Assembly: GCA_030697825.1 (NCBI GenBank)
Contig: JAUYOW010000078.1
Span: forward strand, 1-63,529
Length of the DNA: 63,529 nucleotides
Direction: 5' to 3'
Source of the DNA: Gemmatimonadales bacterium
Lineage (GTDB): Bacteria > Gemmatimonadota > Gemmatimonadetes > Gemmatimonadales > JACORV01
Position numbers and translations under genes: made by a program
Notes under the pieces: generated by a model
The model's database searches: none
What the model was told of the DNA's origin: nothing
The model's input: the letters and a program-made list of their open reading frames with translations, nothing else
In this document: piece after piece, positions 14,140 to 23,312 of the stretch
Layout of the letters: each line of letters begins with the position of its first letter
Position numbering within the stretch: position 1 is the stretch's first letter

Positions 14140-14424
14140 GTCCGCGGTAGGAACGGTATTCGCTACCAGGCCGGGTTGTCCGGCAAGAACGTCGGAGCCA
14201 AAGAGCTCTCGATGAACGTCGCGACGATCCCGCCCGGCGGCGTCGCATATGCCCACGTTCACGTGGGCTTCACGGAACCCGTTGTGGCGGTCGTCGCGCG
14301 GTCCGACCCAAGTGAGTGGGAGAACATCATCCCGTACGAGCGAGGCGCTCATGGCTTGCCGGGGAGCGGCGACGGCGTTACGCTGACTGGCGTGGACGCC
14401 CAGGATCCCACCTCAGGAGCTTAG
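14140..14424 (+). pseudogene. cupin-domain protein remnant with internal deletion
   Basis: GAKELSMNVATIPPGGVAYAHVHVGFTE is joined directly to VVAVVARSDPSEWENIIPYE. In intact homologues, as recalled, about 40-50 aa of the cupin barrel separate these two motifs. Confidence 0.45.
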
Positions 14425-14427
14425 GGA

Positions 14428-14601
14428 ATGTCGAAGAGCGACGAACAGCGAATGGCTGCTTTGATCAGGAAGAATGCCGCCAAGGTCGCACAGGCCAAGG
14501 CCAAGGTGCAGCGCAACTACGATAGCACCTTGCAGCCACAACCGGACGACGATCCGGAGTTGAGGGCCTTCTTCTCGGAGATGAAGAAGCGCGAGTTCTA
14601 G
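14428..14601 (+). CDS. hypothetical 57-aa protein (below the ORF-track cutoff)
   Basis: ATG 14428 is preceded by AGGAG (14415-14419). The product is hydrophilic (MSKSDEQRMAALIRKNAAKVAQAKAKVQRNYD...EMKKREF). Confidence 0.3.
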   Translation: MSKSDEQRMAALIRKNAAKVAQAKAKVQRNYDSTLQPQPDDDPELRAFFSEMKKREF

Positions 14602-14717
14602 GGCTATCCTCAGCGCTCTCCCCGCACCACGACGTGACGAAGGGTTAGATTCAAGGTGCGCACCCGGGTCTGGTGGCTCCCCGGCGTCGGCATCACTCTC
14701 ACGTCTGCGAGTCTTCC

Positions 14718-14954
14718 ATGAGCAGTTACAAGGTCGAGCAACGGCGCCTGACGCTTCGCGGGCGCGAGTTCCACTTCGTGTCTTACGAGGGGCAGCCCGC
14801 CAACGCAGCTCGGAAGCAGGACGCCATCCTCCCAACCTGGTTCCTCATGAACGGGGGCAAGCGTTGGGCGGTCATCCCGCACCAGGCTGGGCAAGAACCC
14901 GTTGAGTTGGACGGGCAGCTGACCCGCTGGCTGGAGGCGCATCTGTTCGACTGA
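14718..14954 (+). CDS. hypothetical protein
   Basis: Uses the internal ATG of ORF 14673-14954. Translation begins MSSYKVEQRRLTLRGREFHFVSYEGQ... The amino-acid composition is protein-like. Confidence 0.45.
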   Translation: MSSYKVEQRRLTLRGREFHFVSYEGQPANAARKQDAILPTWFLMNGGKRWAVIPHQAGQEPVELDGQLTRWLEAHLFD

Positions 14955-15020
14955 GTGACCGGAGGTCGCGGGGCGATCGAGGCGCCGCGACGACCGCACA
15001 CCTCAACCAGGAATACCGCG

Positions 15021-15554
15021 ATGTCCGTTATGGTGGTGGGAAGGCCGGAGGCGGACGAGTACGCGCCGTTCTACGCTGATTACGTCTCCCGGGTCCCGGA
15101 AACCAACCCCATCGAGGCCATGTCCGCGCAGATCGGACAGACGACGGCGCTGCTCGGGCGCGTTGCGGAAGCCGAAGCGGGCGCGCGGTACGCTCCCGGC
15201 AAGTGGAGCGTGAGGGAGGTGGTCGGCCACCTGGCGGACGCGGAGCGGATCTTCTCGTATCGGGCGCTTCGAATCGCGCGGGGCGACGCCACGCCTCTGC
15301 CAGGCTTCGACGAGAACGCGTACGTCCCGGCCGGACGGTTCGACGAGCGCACGCTGGCCGATCTGGTCAGCGAGCTGGCGAACGCGCGCCGCTCGACCCT
15401 GGACCTGTTCCGAAGCTTCGGGGAAGCAGAATGGCGCCGCCGCGGCATCGCGAGCGGCAAGCCGATCAGCGTGCGCGCCTTGGGTCGCATCATCCCTGGC
15501 CACGAGCGCCATCACGTGGAAGTGCTCGGAACGCGCTACGGCCTTCGCGGCTGA
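15021..15554 (+). CDS. DinB-family (DinB_2) protein
   Basis: DEYAPFYADYVSRV...KWSVREVVGHLADAERIFSYRALRIARGD...PGHERHH is the typical DinB four-helix-bundle His triad pattern. Confidence 0.75.
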   Translation: MSVMVVGRPEADEYAPFYADYVSRVPETNPIEAMSAQIGQTTALLGRVAEAEAGARYAPGKWSVREVVGHLADAERIFSYRALRIARGDATPLPGFDENAYVPAGRFDERTLADLVSELANARRSTLDLFRSFGEAEWRRRGIASGKPISVRALGRIIPGHERHHVEVLGTRYGLRG

Positions 15555-15916
15555 CGTCGCTGACACTCCGGCGGACGGAACGCTAGCCTGTGACGTGATG
15601 CTCTTGCAGCTGGTCCGACCGAAGCCTAGACCATCCGGAGCTTCCAGCGTCCGCGCCGGAACAGCACCGCGCACGCGATCGCGACGACGAATGAGATAAC
15701 GCCGTTTCGGCGCCGGCGGCGAGTCCCTCGCGGCCCGATGTTCGCGATGCAGACTTGGCCAACAGGCGCTCCTCTCCGTAGCCTCATCACTCATCTACGC
15801 CTCGGCTTCGGACCTGGTGAAGGAACCTTCACGACAGCGTTACGCGTTCCTCAGACAGGAAGTTGACGCGATAGTTAGTTTGCCTGACGAAGGGACAACA
15901 GGGAAAGGAGCCTCAC

Positions 15917-16450
15917 ATGACGTGGCCATTCGCGGACCGCTGGGACCGCGCGCTGACATACGAGCAGTTCGTCAAGGAATCGAAGGAGCACTGCGCCCTC
16001 TGGACGGGCGTTCACCGCGCCGCGCGCATCCCGGACTGGGCGAGCGAGCGCGTGGCGGAGCTGGGCGAGCGCTTCCGCGTCGTCGTGCTGGCCGAAGACT
16101 GGTGTGGCGATGCGACGAACACGGTGCCCGTGCTCGCGAAATGGGCGGAGCTGACGCCCAACGTGGAGTTGCGCATCCTCCGGCGTGACGAGCATCCGGA
16201 GGTGATGCAACGCTACCTCACCGACGGCACGCGCTCGATCCCGGTCGCCATCGTCCTCACCGAAGCGATGGATGAGATCGGCTGGTGGGGTCCCCGGCCC
16301 GCGGAGCTGCAGGAGTGGGTGAAGGAGCAGCGCCGCGCCGGCCGGACCAAGCTGGACTTCTACCCCGAGGTCCGGCGCTGGTATGCCAAGGACAAGGGGG
16401 AAACGACGCTCCGCGAGCTGTTCGAAGTGATGTCGCGCGTGCGCGTCTAG
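15917..16450 (+). CDS. thioredoxin-fold protein
   Basis: VVVLAEDWCGDATNTVPVLAKWAE is a thioredoxin-like motif with a single-Cys WCGD. 177 aa. Confidence 0.65.
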   Translation: MTWPFADRWDRALTYEQFVKESKEHCALWTGVHRAARIPDWASERVAELGERFRVVVLAEDWCGDATNTVPVLAKWAELTPNVELRILRRDEHPEVMQRYLTDGTRSIPVAIVLTEAMDEIGWWGPRPAELQEWVKEQRRAGRTKLDFYPEVRRWYAKDKGETTLRELFEVMSRVRV

Positions 16451-17112
16451 AGGTTCGCGGCGAGCAGCAGCCCCGCCGCCGTGCTCGCCCCGGCGGAACC
16501 GACGTGCAGGAACGTCGCCCACCGCCCGCCGTTGCGTGCAGCGGCCCGCGCGAGCGCGGCCACCGCGACCGACACGCCGAGCATTCCAAGCATCGTCCCC
16601 ATCCCGAACGCCGCGAAGTACGTCGCCTGAGCGGCGCGCGTCGGCGCTGCCGCCACCAGCAGCACCACGATCGCGCCGCTGCCCGCCAGCCCGTGCGCCA
16701 CGCCGAAACCGAACGAGCCCCCGATGTCGCGCGCGCTCGGTCGAGGACCCGCGCCGCTCATCCGCAGCAACACGCTCAGGCCCAGGATGATGAGAAGGAA
16801 AGCGACCGTCAGGTCCACGGCCGGCTGAAAGGCTGGCGGCAGACGGAGATCGGCGAGCATGATCGCCGCCACGACGACGCCCACACTCGCGGTATGGCCG
16901 ACGCCCCAGGAGAGGCCCAGACGGGCGGCATCGCGCAGGGCGCCTTGGCGCATAGCTAGTGTCGAGACAGCGGCGAGGTGATCCGGCTCGAACGCATGCC
17001 GCAGCCCGAGGACGAAGCCCACGCCGAGGACGGTCAGCGTAGCGTTCACGGCCGCACGATAGGTGCCCGATCGTGAAGAAGGGCGGACGCCAAGTATGAA
17101 GACTTCGAGCAC
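16447..17112 (-). CDS. nickel/cobalt transporter-like membrane protein (NicO/HoxN-signature)
   Basis: Polytopic protein with LGLRHAFEPDHLAAV, resembling the NiCoT HX4DH signature. It is adjacent to the hyp genes. The exact start is uncertain. Confidence 0.55.
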   Translation of the reverse strand: MLEVFILGVRPSSRSGTYRAAVNATLTVLGVGFVLGLRHAFEPDHLAAVSTLAMRQGALRDAARLGLSWGVGHTASVGVVVAAIMLADLRLPPAFQPAVDLTVAFLLIILGLSVLLRMSGAGPRPSARDIGGSFGFGVAHGLAGSGAIVVLLVAAAPTRAAQATYFAAFGMGTMLGMLGVSVAVAALARAAARNGGRWATFLHVGSAGASTAAGLLLAANL

Positions 17113-17126
17113 CGGCTTTCCCGATT

Positions 17127-17516
17127 GTGTTGCTGGTGGACGGTGGTACCTGGGGAATGAACCTGCTGCCGGTCATTGAGGACGCCGGCGCGCTGATCAT
17201 GGTGGACGCGATTGACGCCGGCGCGCCGGCGGGGAGACAGATTGTCCTCGAACGCGACGATTTGCCCCGGTACTTAGGGGTGAAGCTGTCGCCACACCAG
17301 ATTGACCTGCGCGAAGTGCTTGCCCTGGCAGAACTTCGGGGCACGCTCCCGGAGCGCGCGGTGGCCTTCGGAGTCCAGCCGCAGCGGGTAGCGATGGGCA
17401 CGGAGCTTGCCCCCTTGGTGGCCGTGGCCTTGGACGAGCTGGTGAGGCGCGTGGCGGACCGGCTCGGGGCCTGGGGGTACGGGTGCAGGCGGGTCCGGGC
17501 GGCGGCGCATGCATGA
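17127..17516 (+). pseudogene. hydrogenase maturation endopeptidase (HybD/HyaD family), N-terminally truncated
   Basis: The ORF begins at ...LLVDGGTWGMNLLP, which corresponds to about residue 35 of HybD-type proteases (ILDGGTAGMELL). KLSPHQIDLREVLALAEL is conserved. An in-frame stop at 17097-17099 leaves no room for the N-terminal GxGNxxxxDD(E)G Ni-binding segment. Confidence 0.6.
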
Positions 17517-17778
17517 GCTGAGCATCGCGTTGGAGGTCTGCCGTATCGCGGAAGAGCGACTCGGGCGCGAGGGATGCGCCGCGGTGCGGGAAGTGGCGGT
17601 CGAGGTCGGCGACGACGCGGGGGTGGAGCCCGAGAACCTCGCGTTCTGTCTCGAGGCGGTGCTCGCCGATCCGCCGTTCGGCCGCGCACGGCCGGTGATC
17701 CTGCGGCGTCCCGGCGACGCTCTGCACGTCGCCTACCTGGAGGTTGACGATGGCGGTCCGGACGATCGAGGTCCGTGA
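17509..17778 (+). CDS. hypA: HypA-like hydrogenase nickel-insertion protein, short form lacking the Zn-finger module
   Basis: MHELSIALEVCRIAEE is the N-terminal Ni site motif (MHE). The protein is only 89 aa and has no CxxC...CxxC pairs. Confidence 0.65.
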   Translation: MHELSIALEVCRIAEERLGREGCAAVREVAVEVGDDAGVEPENLAFCLEAVLADPPFGRARPVILRRPGDALHVAYLEVDDGGPDDRGP

Positions 17779-18421
17779 GAGCGTGATGGCGAAGAACAAC
17801 GAGCTGGCGACCGAGGTGCGGCGCCGGCTGCGGGAGGCGTCCGTCACGGCGCTCAACCTCGTTAGCTCGCCCGGCTCGGGGAAGACGCTGCTGCTCGAGC
17901 GCACGGTTGAGACGCTCGGCGAGGAGCTGGGCATCGCGGTCGTGGCCGGCGACGTGCAGACGCAGAACGACGCCGACCGCATCGCCAGCCGCACCAACCG
18001 GCTGGTGCAGGCGGTGGTGACCAACGGCGCCTGCCACCTCGACGCCCGGCAGGTGCTTACCGCGCTCGAGGCCATTGACCTCGCTGCTACACGACTGCTG
18101 ATAATCGAGAACGTCGGCAACCTCGTGTGCCCGGCGAGCTGGGACCTCGGCGAGGACGCCAAGGTGGTGCTGTTCTCGGTGACCGAGGGCGAGGATAAGC
18201 CTCTCAAGTACCCGAAGATGTTCCGCCAGGCGAGCGTCGCGGTGCTGAACAAGATCGATCTGCTGCCGTACGTGCCGTTCCGTCTGGAGCGCGCGATGGA
18301 GTTCGCTCGTCAGGTCAATCCGGAGCTGCGGTTCTTCCATACCTCAGCCCTCACGGGCGAGGGGCTCGACGCGTGGTACTGCTTCCTCCGGCAGCGCGTG
18401 CGGGCCCTCGCGCCGGCATGA
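17744..18421 (+). CDS. hypB: hydrogenase nickel-incorporation GTPase HypB
   Basis: LVSSPGSGKTLLLE is a P-loop. Also present are ENVGNLVCPA and VLNKIDLLPY. The start may be ATG 17750. Confidence 0.85.
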   Translation: MTMAVRTIEVRESVMAKNNELATEVRRRLREASVTALNLVSSPGSGKTLLLERTVETLGEELGIAVVAGDVQTQNDADRIASRTNRLVQAVVTNGACHLDARQVLTALEAIDLAATRLLIIENVGNLVCPASWDLGEDAKVVLFSVTEGEDKPLKYPKMFRQASVAVLNKIDLLPYVPFRLERAMEFARQVNPELRFFHTSALTGEGLDAWYCFLRQRVRALAPA

Positions 18422-20775
18422 CCGCCGGAGAGATCGCGACCGTGCGCGCGGCCGAGCTGCTGCGCGTCACCGGCCTGGTGCAGGGGGTCGGGTTCCGGCC
18501 CTTCGTGCACCGGGTCGCGACGCGGTACGGCCTGGGCGGGTGGGTACGCAACGGCGCGGGCGAGGTGTCCATCGCGGCGGAGGGCACGCCCGAGGCGCTG
18601 GAGGCGTTCGTCGGCGCGCTGGAGCGTGAGGCGCCGCCGCTCACCCGCATTGCGCGCATCGCGCGGGAGCCGTGCGCGCCCGAGGGGCGCACCGACTTCG
18701 CGATCCTGCTGAGCGCCGTCGAACCGGACGGCAGGCTGCCGGTCTCGCCCGACGTAGCGTTGTGCGCGGCATGCGAGCACGAGCTGATCGAGCCGGGGGA
18801 CCGCAGGTTCCGCTACCCGTTCATAACCTGCACCGACTGCGGCCCGCGGTTCAGCGTGATCGAGGCGATGCCGTACGACCGCGAGCGCACGTCCATGCGC
18901 GCGTTCGCGATGTGTCCCGAGTGCCGGCGCGAATACGAGACCCCGGGCAACCGGCGCCACCACTCGCAGACCAACAGCTGCCCGGCGTGCGGCCCGCGGC
19001 TCTGGCTCGAGCACGCGGACGGGCGGGTGCTCGAGCGGCACCGCGCCCGCGCGATCGAGTCCGCCGCCGCCATGCTCCGGGAGGGGCTGATTGTCGCGGT
19101 GCGCGGCCTGGGTGGTTTCCACTTCGCGGTGGACGCGACCGACGAGGCGGCGGTGCGCCGGCTGCGCGCGCGCAAGCGCCGCGATGCCAAGCCGCTGGCG
19201 GTGATGGTGGGATCGCTCGACGAGGCGCGCGCGGTGGCGCATGTGGGCGCGGCCGAGGCGGAGCCGCTCGGCTCGCCCGAGCGGCCGATCGTGGTGCTCC
19301 GGCGCCGCGCCGAGGCGCCGCTCGCGGCGGCGGTCGCTCCGGGGCTGGACACCGTCGGCCTGATGCTCGCCTACACGCCGCTCCACTTCCTGCTGCTGGA
19401 GTGCGCGCGGCGGCCGCTGGTGATGACCAGCGGCAATCTCAGCGATGAACCGATCGCGACGTCGAACGACGAGGCACGCCGCCGGCTCGCCGGGATCGCC
19501 GACTCGTTCCTGCTGCACGACCGCGAGATCGTGGCGCGCTACGACGACTCGGTGGTGCGCGTGGTGACCGGCGCGCCGGTGTTCCTGCGCCGCGCGCGCG
19601 GCTACGCGCCGCTTCCGTTGACGCTGCCCGTCGCGTCGCCGGTGCCGCTGGTCGCCGTCGGCCCGCACCTCAAGAACACGCTCACCCTGGCGCACGGCGC
19701 GACGGCCTACGTGAGCCAGCACGTCGGCGACCTCGAGGACCTGGAGACGCTCGAGCACTTCACGGCGGTGTACGATACCTACCGGCGGCTGTTCCGCATC
19801 GAGCCCGAGGTGGCGGTGCGGGACCTGCACCCCGGCTACCTCTCGACCCGGGTGGCCGAAGAGCTGGGCCTGCACCGGGTGCTCACGGTGCAGCATCACC
19901 ACGCCCACATCGCGGCGGTGATGGGGGAGCACGGGCTCACGGACCGCGTGGTGGGCATCGCCTACGACGGCACGGGCCTGGGCGACGACGGTGCGGTCTG
20001 GGGCGCGGAGGTGCTGGCCGCGGACCTCGGCGGCTACCGGCGCCGCGCGCACCTGCGCTATGCGCCGCTGCCCGGCGGTGATCTCGCGGCGCGGCGGCCG
20101 TGGCGCGCGGCCCTGGGCTTCCTGTCGCTCGCGCCCCAGGAGGCGCCCGCCTTCGCCCGCGCGTTCGACGGCGTGGATGAGGCCGAGCGGGCGGTGGCGG
20201 TGCGGCAGATCGCGCGGCGCCTCAACGCGCCGGCGGCCTCCTCGATGGGCCGGCTGTTCGACGCCGCGGCGGCCGTGCTCGGCCTACGCCTCGTGGCAGA
20301 CTACGAGGGCCAGGCCGCGATGGAGCTGGAGGCCATGGCCGGCGCGCACGGCGCGGCGCCGCTCCCGTTCCCGGTGGAGCCCGATGGCGAGGACGGCTGG
20401 CTCCTCGACCCAGTGCCGCTGCTCGCGGAGCTGGGCCGACGGCTGGCGCGGGGCGTAAGCGCGCCGACGCTGGCTGCCGCGTTCCACGAGAGCGTCGCGG
20501 CCGCGACCGCCGAGGTGGCGCAGAAGGTGTGCGAGGCCGAGGGGCTGCAGACCGTCGTGCTGGGCGGCGGGTGCTTCCAGAACGCGCGGCTGTTGGCGTC
20601 GGTGCGCTGGCGCCTGGAGGCACGGGGGCTCGCGGTCTACGCGCCGCAGCGCCTCTCGCCCAACGACGGCGCGATCAGCTACGGCCAGGCCGCCATCGCG
20701 GCGGCGATCCTGGCGGGCGAGCGCGCCGCGGCTCACGCGCCGGACGCGCGACTCGGGAGGTCAGTATGTGCCTAG
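18418..20775 (+). CDS. hypF: carbamoyltransferase HypF
   Basis: An acylphosphatase-like LRVTGLVQGVGFRPFV segment, two CxxC Zn-finger pairs (CAACEHE...CTDCGPRF and CPECRRE...CPACGPRL), and YrdC-like and Kae1-like regions. Its ATG overlaps the hypB stop (ATGA). Confidence 0.9.
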   Translation: MTAGEIATVRAAELLRVTGLVQGVGFRPFVHRVATRYGLGGWVRNGAGEVSIAAEGTPEALEAFVGALEREAPPLTRIARIAREPCAPEGRTDFAILLSAVEPDGRLPVSPDVALCAACEHELIEPGDRRFRYPFITCTDCGPRFSVIEAMPYDRERTSMRAFAMCPECRREYETPGNRRHHSQTNSCPACGPRLWLEHADGRVLERHRARAIESAAAMLREGLIVAVRGLGGFHFAVDATDEAAVRRLRARKRRDAKPLAVMVGSLDEARAVAHVGAAEAEPLGSPERPIVVLRRRAEAPLAAAVAPGLDTVGLMLAYTPLHFLLLECARRPLVMTSGNLSDEPIATSNDEARRRLAGIADSFLLHDREIVARYDDSVVRVVTGAPVFLRRARGYAPLPLTLPVASPVPLVAVGPHLKNTLTLAHGATAYVSQHVGDLEDLETLEHFTAVYDTYRRLFRIEPEVAVRDLHPGYLSTRVAEELGLHRVLTVQHHHAHIAAVMGEHGLTDRVVGIAYDGTGLGDDGAVWGAEVLAADLGGYRRRAHLRYAPLPGGDLAARRPWRAALGFLSLAPQEAPAFARAFDGVDEAERAVAVRQIARRLNAPAASSMGRLFDAAAAVLGLRLVADYEGQAAMELEAMAGAHGAAPLPFPVEPDGEDGWLLDPVPLLAELGRRLARGVSAPTLAAAFHESVAAATAEVAQKVCEAEGLQTVVLGGGCFQNARLLASVRWRLEARGLAVYAPQRLSPNDGAISYGQAAIAAAILAGERAAAHAPDARLGRSVCA

Positions 20776-21062
20776 GAATCCCCGGCCGGCTGGTCGAGCT
20801 GAAGGACGACGAGGGTCTGCGCACCGGCGTGGTGGACTTCGGCGGCGTGCGGCGCGATGTCTGCCTCGCCTACGTCGCGGACGAAGTGGGCCTCGGCGAC
20901 TACGTCATCGTCCACGTGGGCTTCGCCATCAGCAAGGTGGATGAGGAGGAGGCGCGCCGCACCTTCGAGGCGCTGCGCGAGATGAGCCAGCTCGACGAGC
21001 TGGAGTGGATGCGGGAGGTCGCGGAGCGCGGTCTCGGCTCGCTGCCGGGCATGGTCGCATGA
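20766..21062 (+). CDS. hypC: hydrogenase assembly chaperone HypC/HupF
   Basis: Has the [13 protein letters not shown]-terminus. 98 aa. Confidence 0.85.
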   Translation: MCLGIPGRLVELKDDEGLRTGVVDFGGVRRDVCLAYVADEVGLGDYVIVHVGFAISKVDEEEARRTFEALREMSQLDELEWMREVAERGLGSLPGMVA

Positions 21063-22168
21063 AATACCTCAGCGAGTATCGCGATGGCGACGTTGCGAGA
21101 GCCCTCATGGCGCGGATCCGGCGGACCGCGACGCGGCGGTGGGTGCTCATGGAAGTTTGCGGCGGCCAGACGCACACCATCGTGAAGCAGGGGATCGACG
21201 ACCTCCTGGACGGCGCCGTCGAGATGATCCACGGCCCCGGCTGTCCGGTGTGCGTGACGCCGCTGGAGCAGATCGACAAGGCGCTGCGCCTCGCCGCGCG
21301 GCCGGACGTCATCTTCACCTCGTTCGGCGACATGCTGCGGGTGCCCGGCAGCGAGTGCGACCTCCTCCAGGTCCGCGCCCGGGGCGGCCAGGTGCGCGTC
21401 GTGTACTCGCCGCTCGACGCCGTCGAGCTCGCCCGGCGGAATCCGGGCAAGCAGGTCGTCTTCTTCGCGGTTGGGTTCGAGACCACGGCGCCCGCGAACG
21501 CGATGGCGGTCTGGCGCGCGCGCGAATTGGGCGTCCCGAACTTCAGCGTGCTGGTCTCGCACGTCACCGTGCCGCCGGCGATGACGGCGCTGCTCGGGTC
21601 GCCGGACAACCGCGTGCAGGCCTTCCTCGCCGCGGGTCACGTCTGCACGGTGATGGGGTGGACCGAGTACGAGCCGATCGCGGCGAAGTACCGAGTGCCC
21701 ATCGTGGTCACCGGGTTCGAGCCGGTGGACATCCTCGAGGGGATCATGATGGCGGTGCTCCAGCTCGAGGAGGGGCGGCACGAGGTGGAGAACCAGTACG
21801 TGCGCTCGGTGCGCCGGGAAGGCAACCAACCCGCTCAGGAGCTGGTTTCGCGCGTCTTCGCGCTGGTGGACCGGAAGTGGCGCGGGATCGGGGAGATCCC
21901 GCGCAGCGGGCTCGGCCTCGCCGAGGAGTTTGCGGCGTACGACGCGGAGCGGCGATTCGAACTCGCCGACATCACCACCGCCGAGTCGCCGCTCTGCCAC
22001 GCCGGCGACGTGCTCACCGGGAAGCTGAAGCCCAGCGCCTGCCCGGCCTTCGGCACGCAGTGCACGCCGGAGCAGCCGCTCGGCGCGCCGATGGTGTCGT
22101 CGGAGGGCGCGTGCGCCGCGTACTACAACTACGGGCGCTTGCGGGCGGCAGCGCCGCTGGAGGTGTGA
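21059..22168 (+). CDS. hypD: hydrogenase maturation protein HypD
   Basis: MKYLSEYRD..., [10 protein letters not shown] and [10 protein letters not shown] motifs. ATGA overlap with hypC. Confidence 0.9.
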   Translation: MKYLSEYRDGDVARALMARIRRTATRRWVLMEVCGGQTHTIVKQGIDDLLDGAVEMIHGPGCPVCVTPLEQIDKALRLAARPDVIFTSFGDMLRVPGSECDLLQVRARGGQVRVVYSPLDAVELARRNPGKQVVFFAVGFETTAPANAMAVWRARELGVPNFSVLVSHVTVPPAMTALLGSPDNRVQAFLAAGHVCTVMGWTEYEPIAAKYRVPIVVTGFEPVDILEGIMMAVLQLEEGRHEVENQYVRSVRREGNQPAQELVSRVFALVDRKWRGIGEIPRSGLGLAEEFAAYDAERRFELADITTAESPLCHAGDVLTGKLKPSACPAFGTQCTPEQPLGAPMVSSEGACAAYYNYGRLRAAAPLEV

Positions 22169-22169
22169 C

Positions 22170-23234
22170 ATGAGCGTCGGCACCCTGGCCACGAGCGCGC
22201 TCGTCTGCCCGGCGCCGTCGGTCGCCCACGACCGCGTCCAGCTCGGCCACGGCTCGGGCGGGAAGATGAGCGCCGCGCTGTTGCGCGAGCGCTTCCTGCC
22301 GCGGTTCGGCAACGCGATCCTGAGCCGCCTGGGTGACGCTGCGGTCGTCGGCATCGGCGGCGCCGAACTCGCGGTCTCGACCGACACCTTCGTCGTCTCG
22401 CCGCTCGAGTTCCCAGGCGGCAACGTGGGCTCGCTCGCGGTGCACGGTACCTTGAACGACCTCGCGATGATGGGCGCGCGGCCGCTGTACCTCGCCGCGG
22501 GCTTCGTGCTGGAGGAGGGGCTGCCGTTCGACGTGCTCGATCGGATCCTCGTCGCGATGAGCGAGGCGGCGCGCGAAGCCAACGTAGAGATCGTCACCGG
22601 CGACACGAAGGTGGTGGAGCGCGGCAAGGCCGACGGGGTGTTCATCAACACGACCGGGATCGGCCTGCTCGATGGCGGGTTCCGGCCCGGACCCGAGCGC
22701 GCCCGCGCCGGCGACGCGGTCATCGTGAGCGGCCCGATCGGGCGGCACGGCATCGCGATCATGGCCGCGCGCGAGGGCCTCGAGCTCGAGGTGCAGGTCG
22801 AGAGCGACTCGGCCACGCTGTACCCGCTGGTCGAGCGCCTGCGCGAACGCTGCGGCGACGGGATCTCCGTCATGCGCGACCCTACCCGCGGCGGCGTGGC
22901 GAGCGCGCTGAACGAGATCGCCGCGGCCTCCCGCGTCGGCATCGCGCTGCACGAGGACGCGCTCCCGATCCCGGGCCCGGTGGCCGCCGCATGCGAGCTG
23001 CTCGGCTTCGACCCCCTGTACGTCGCCAACGAGGGCGTGCTGCTCGCGTTCGTGCCCGGCGCGCTCGCGGACCAGGCAGTCGAGGCGCTGCACACGCACC
23101 CGCTCGGCCGGGAGGCGGCGCGGATCGGCCACGTGGTGGACGACCATCCCGGCATGGTCGTAATGCTCACCGCCATCGGCGGGACGCGCGTCGTGGACAT
23201 GCTGCCGGGCGACCAGCTGCCGCGCATCTGCTGA
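22170..23234 (+). CDS. hypE: hydrogenase maturation protein HypE
   Basis: AIR-synthase-like fold pattern, with a C-terminal ...LPRIC carrying the terminal Cys. Confidence 0.9.
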   Translation: MSVGTLATSALVCPAPSVAHDRVQLGHGSGGKMSAALLRERFLPRFGNAILSRLGDAAVVGIGGAELAVSTDTFVVSPLEFPGGNVGSLAVHGTLNDLAMMGARPLYLAAGFVLEEGLPFDVLDRILVAMSEAAREANVEIVTGDTKVVERGKADGVFINTTGIGLLDGGFRPGPERARAGDAVIVSGPIGRHGIAIMAAREGLELEVQVESDSATLYPLVERLRERCGDGISVMRDPTRGGVASALNEIAAASRVGIALHEDALPIPGPVAAACELLGFDPLYVANEGVLLAFVPGALADQAVEALHTHPLGREAARIGHVVDDHPGMVVMLTAIGGTRVVDMLPGDQLPRIC

Positions 23235-23312
23235 CCGGTTCCTGATCGAGTCGCCGCGCATACGGCGCCCGCCGCGCTGCACCGCGCGCCGAATGGCGCT
23301 ATTATCCGCGCC

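Noticed and set aside
14599-14650. TTCTAGG ... GTTAGAT after the 57-aa ORF as another attC.
   Set aside because: There is no inverted repeat between the two boxes, and the R''-like box deviates in its core (TAGG instead of TAAC).
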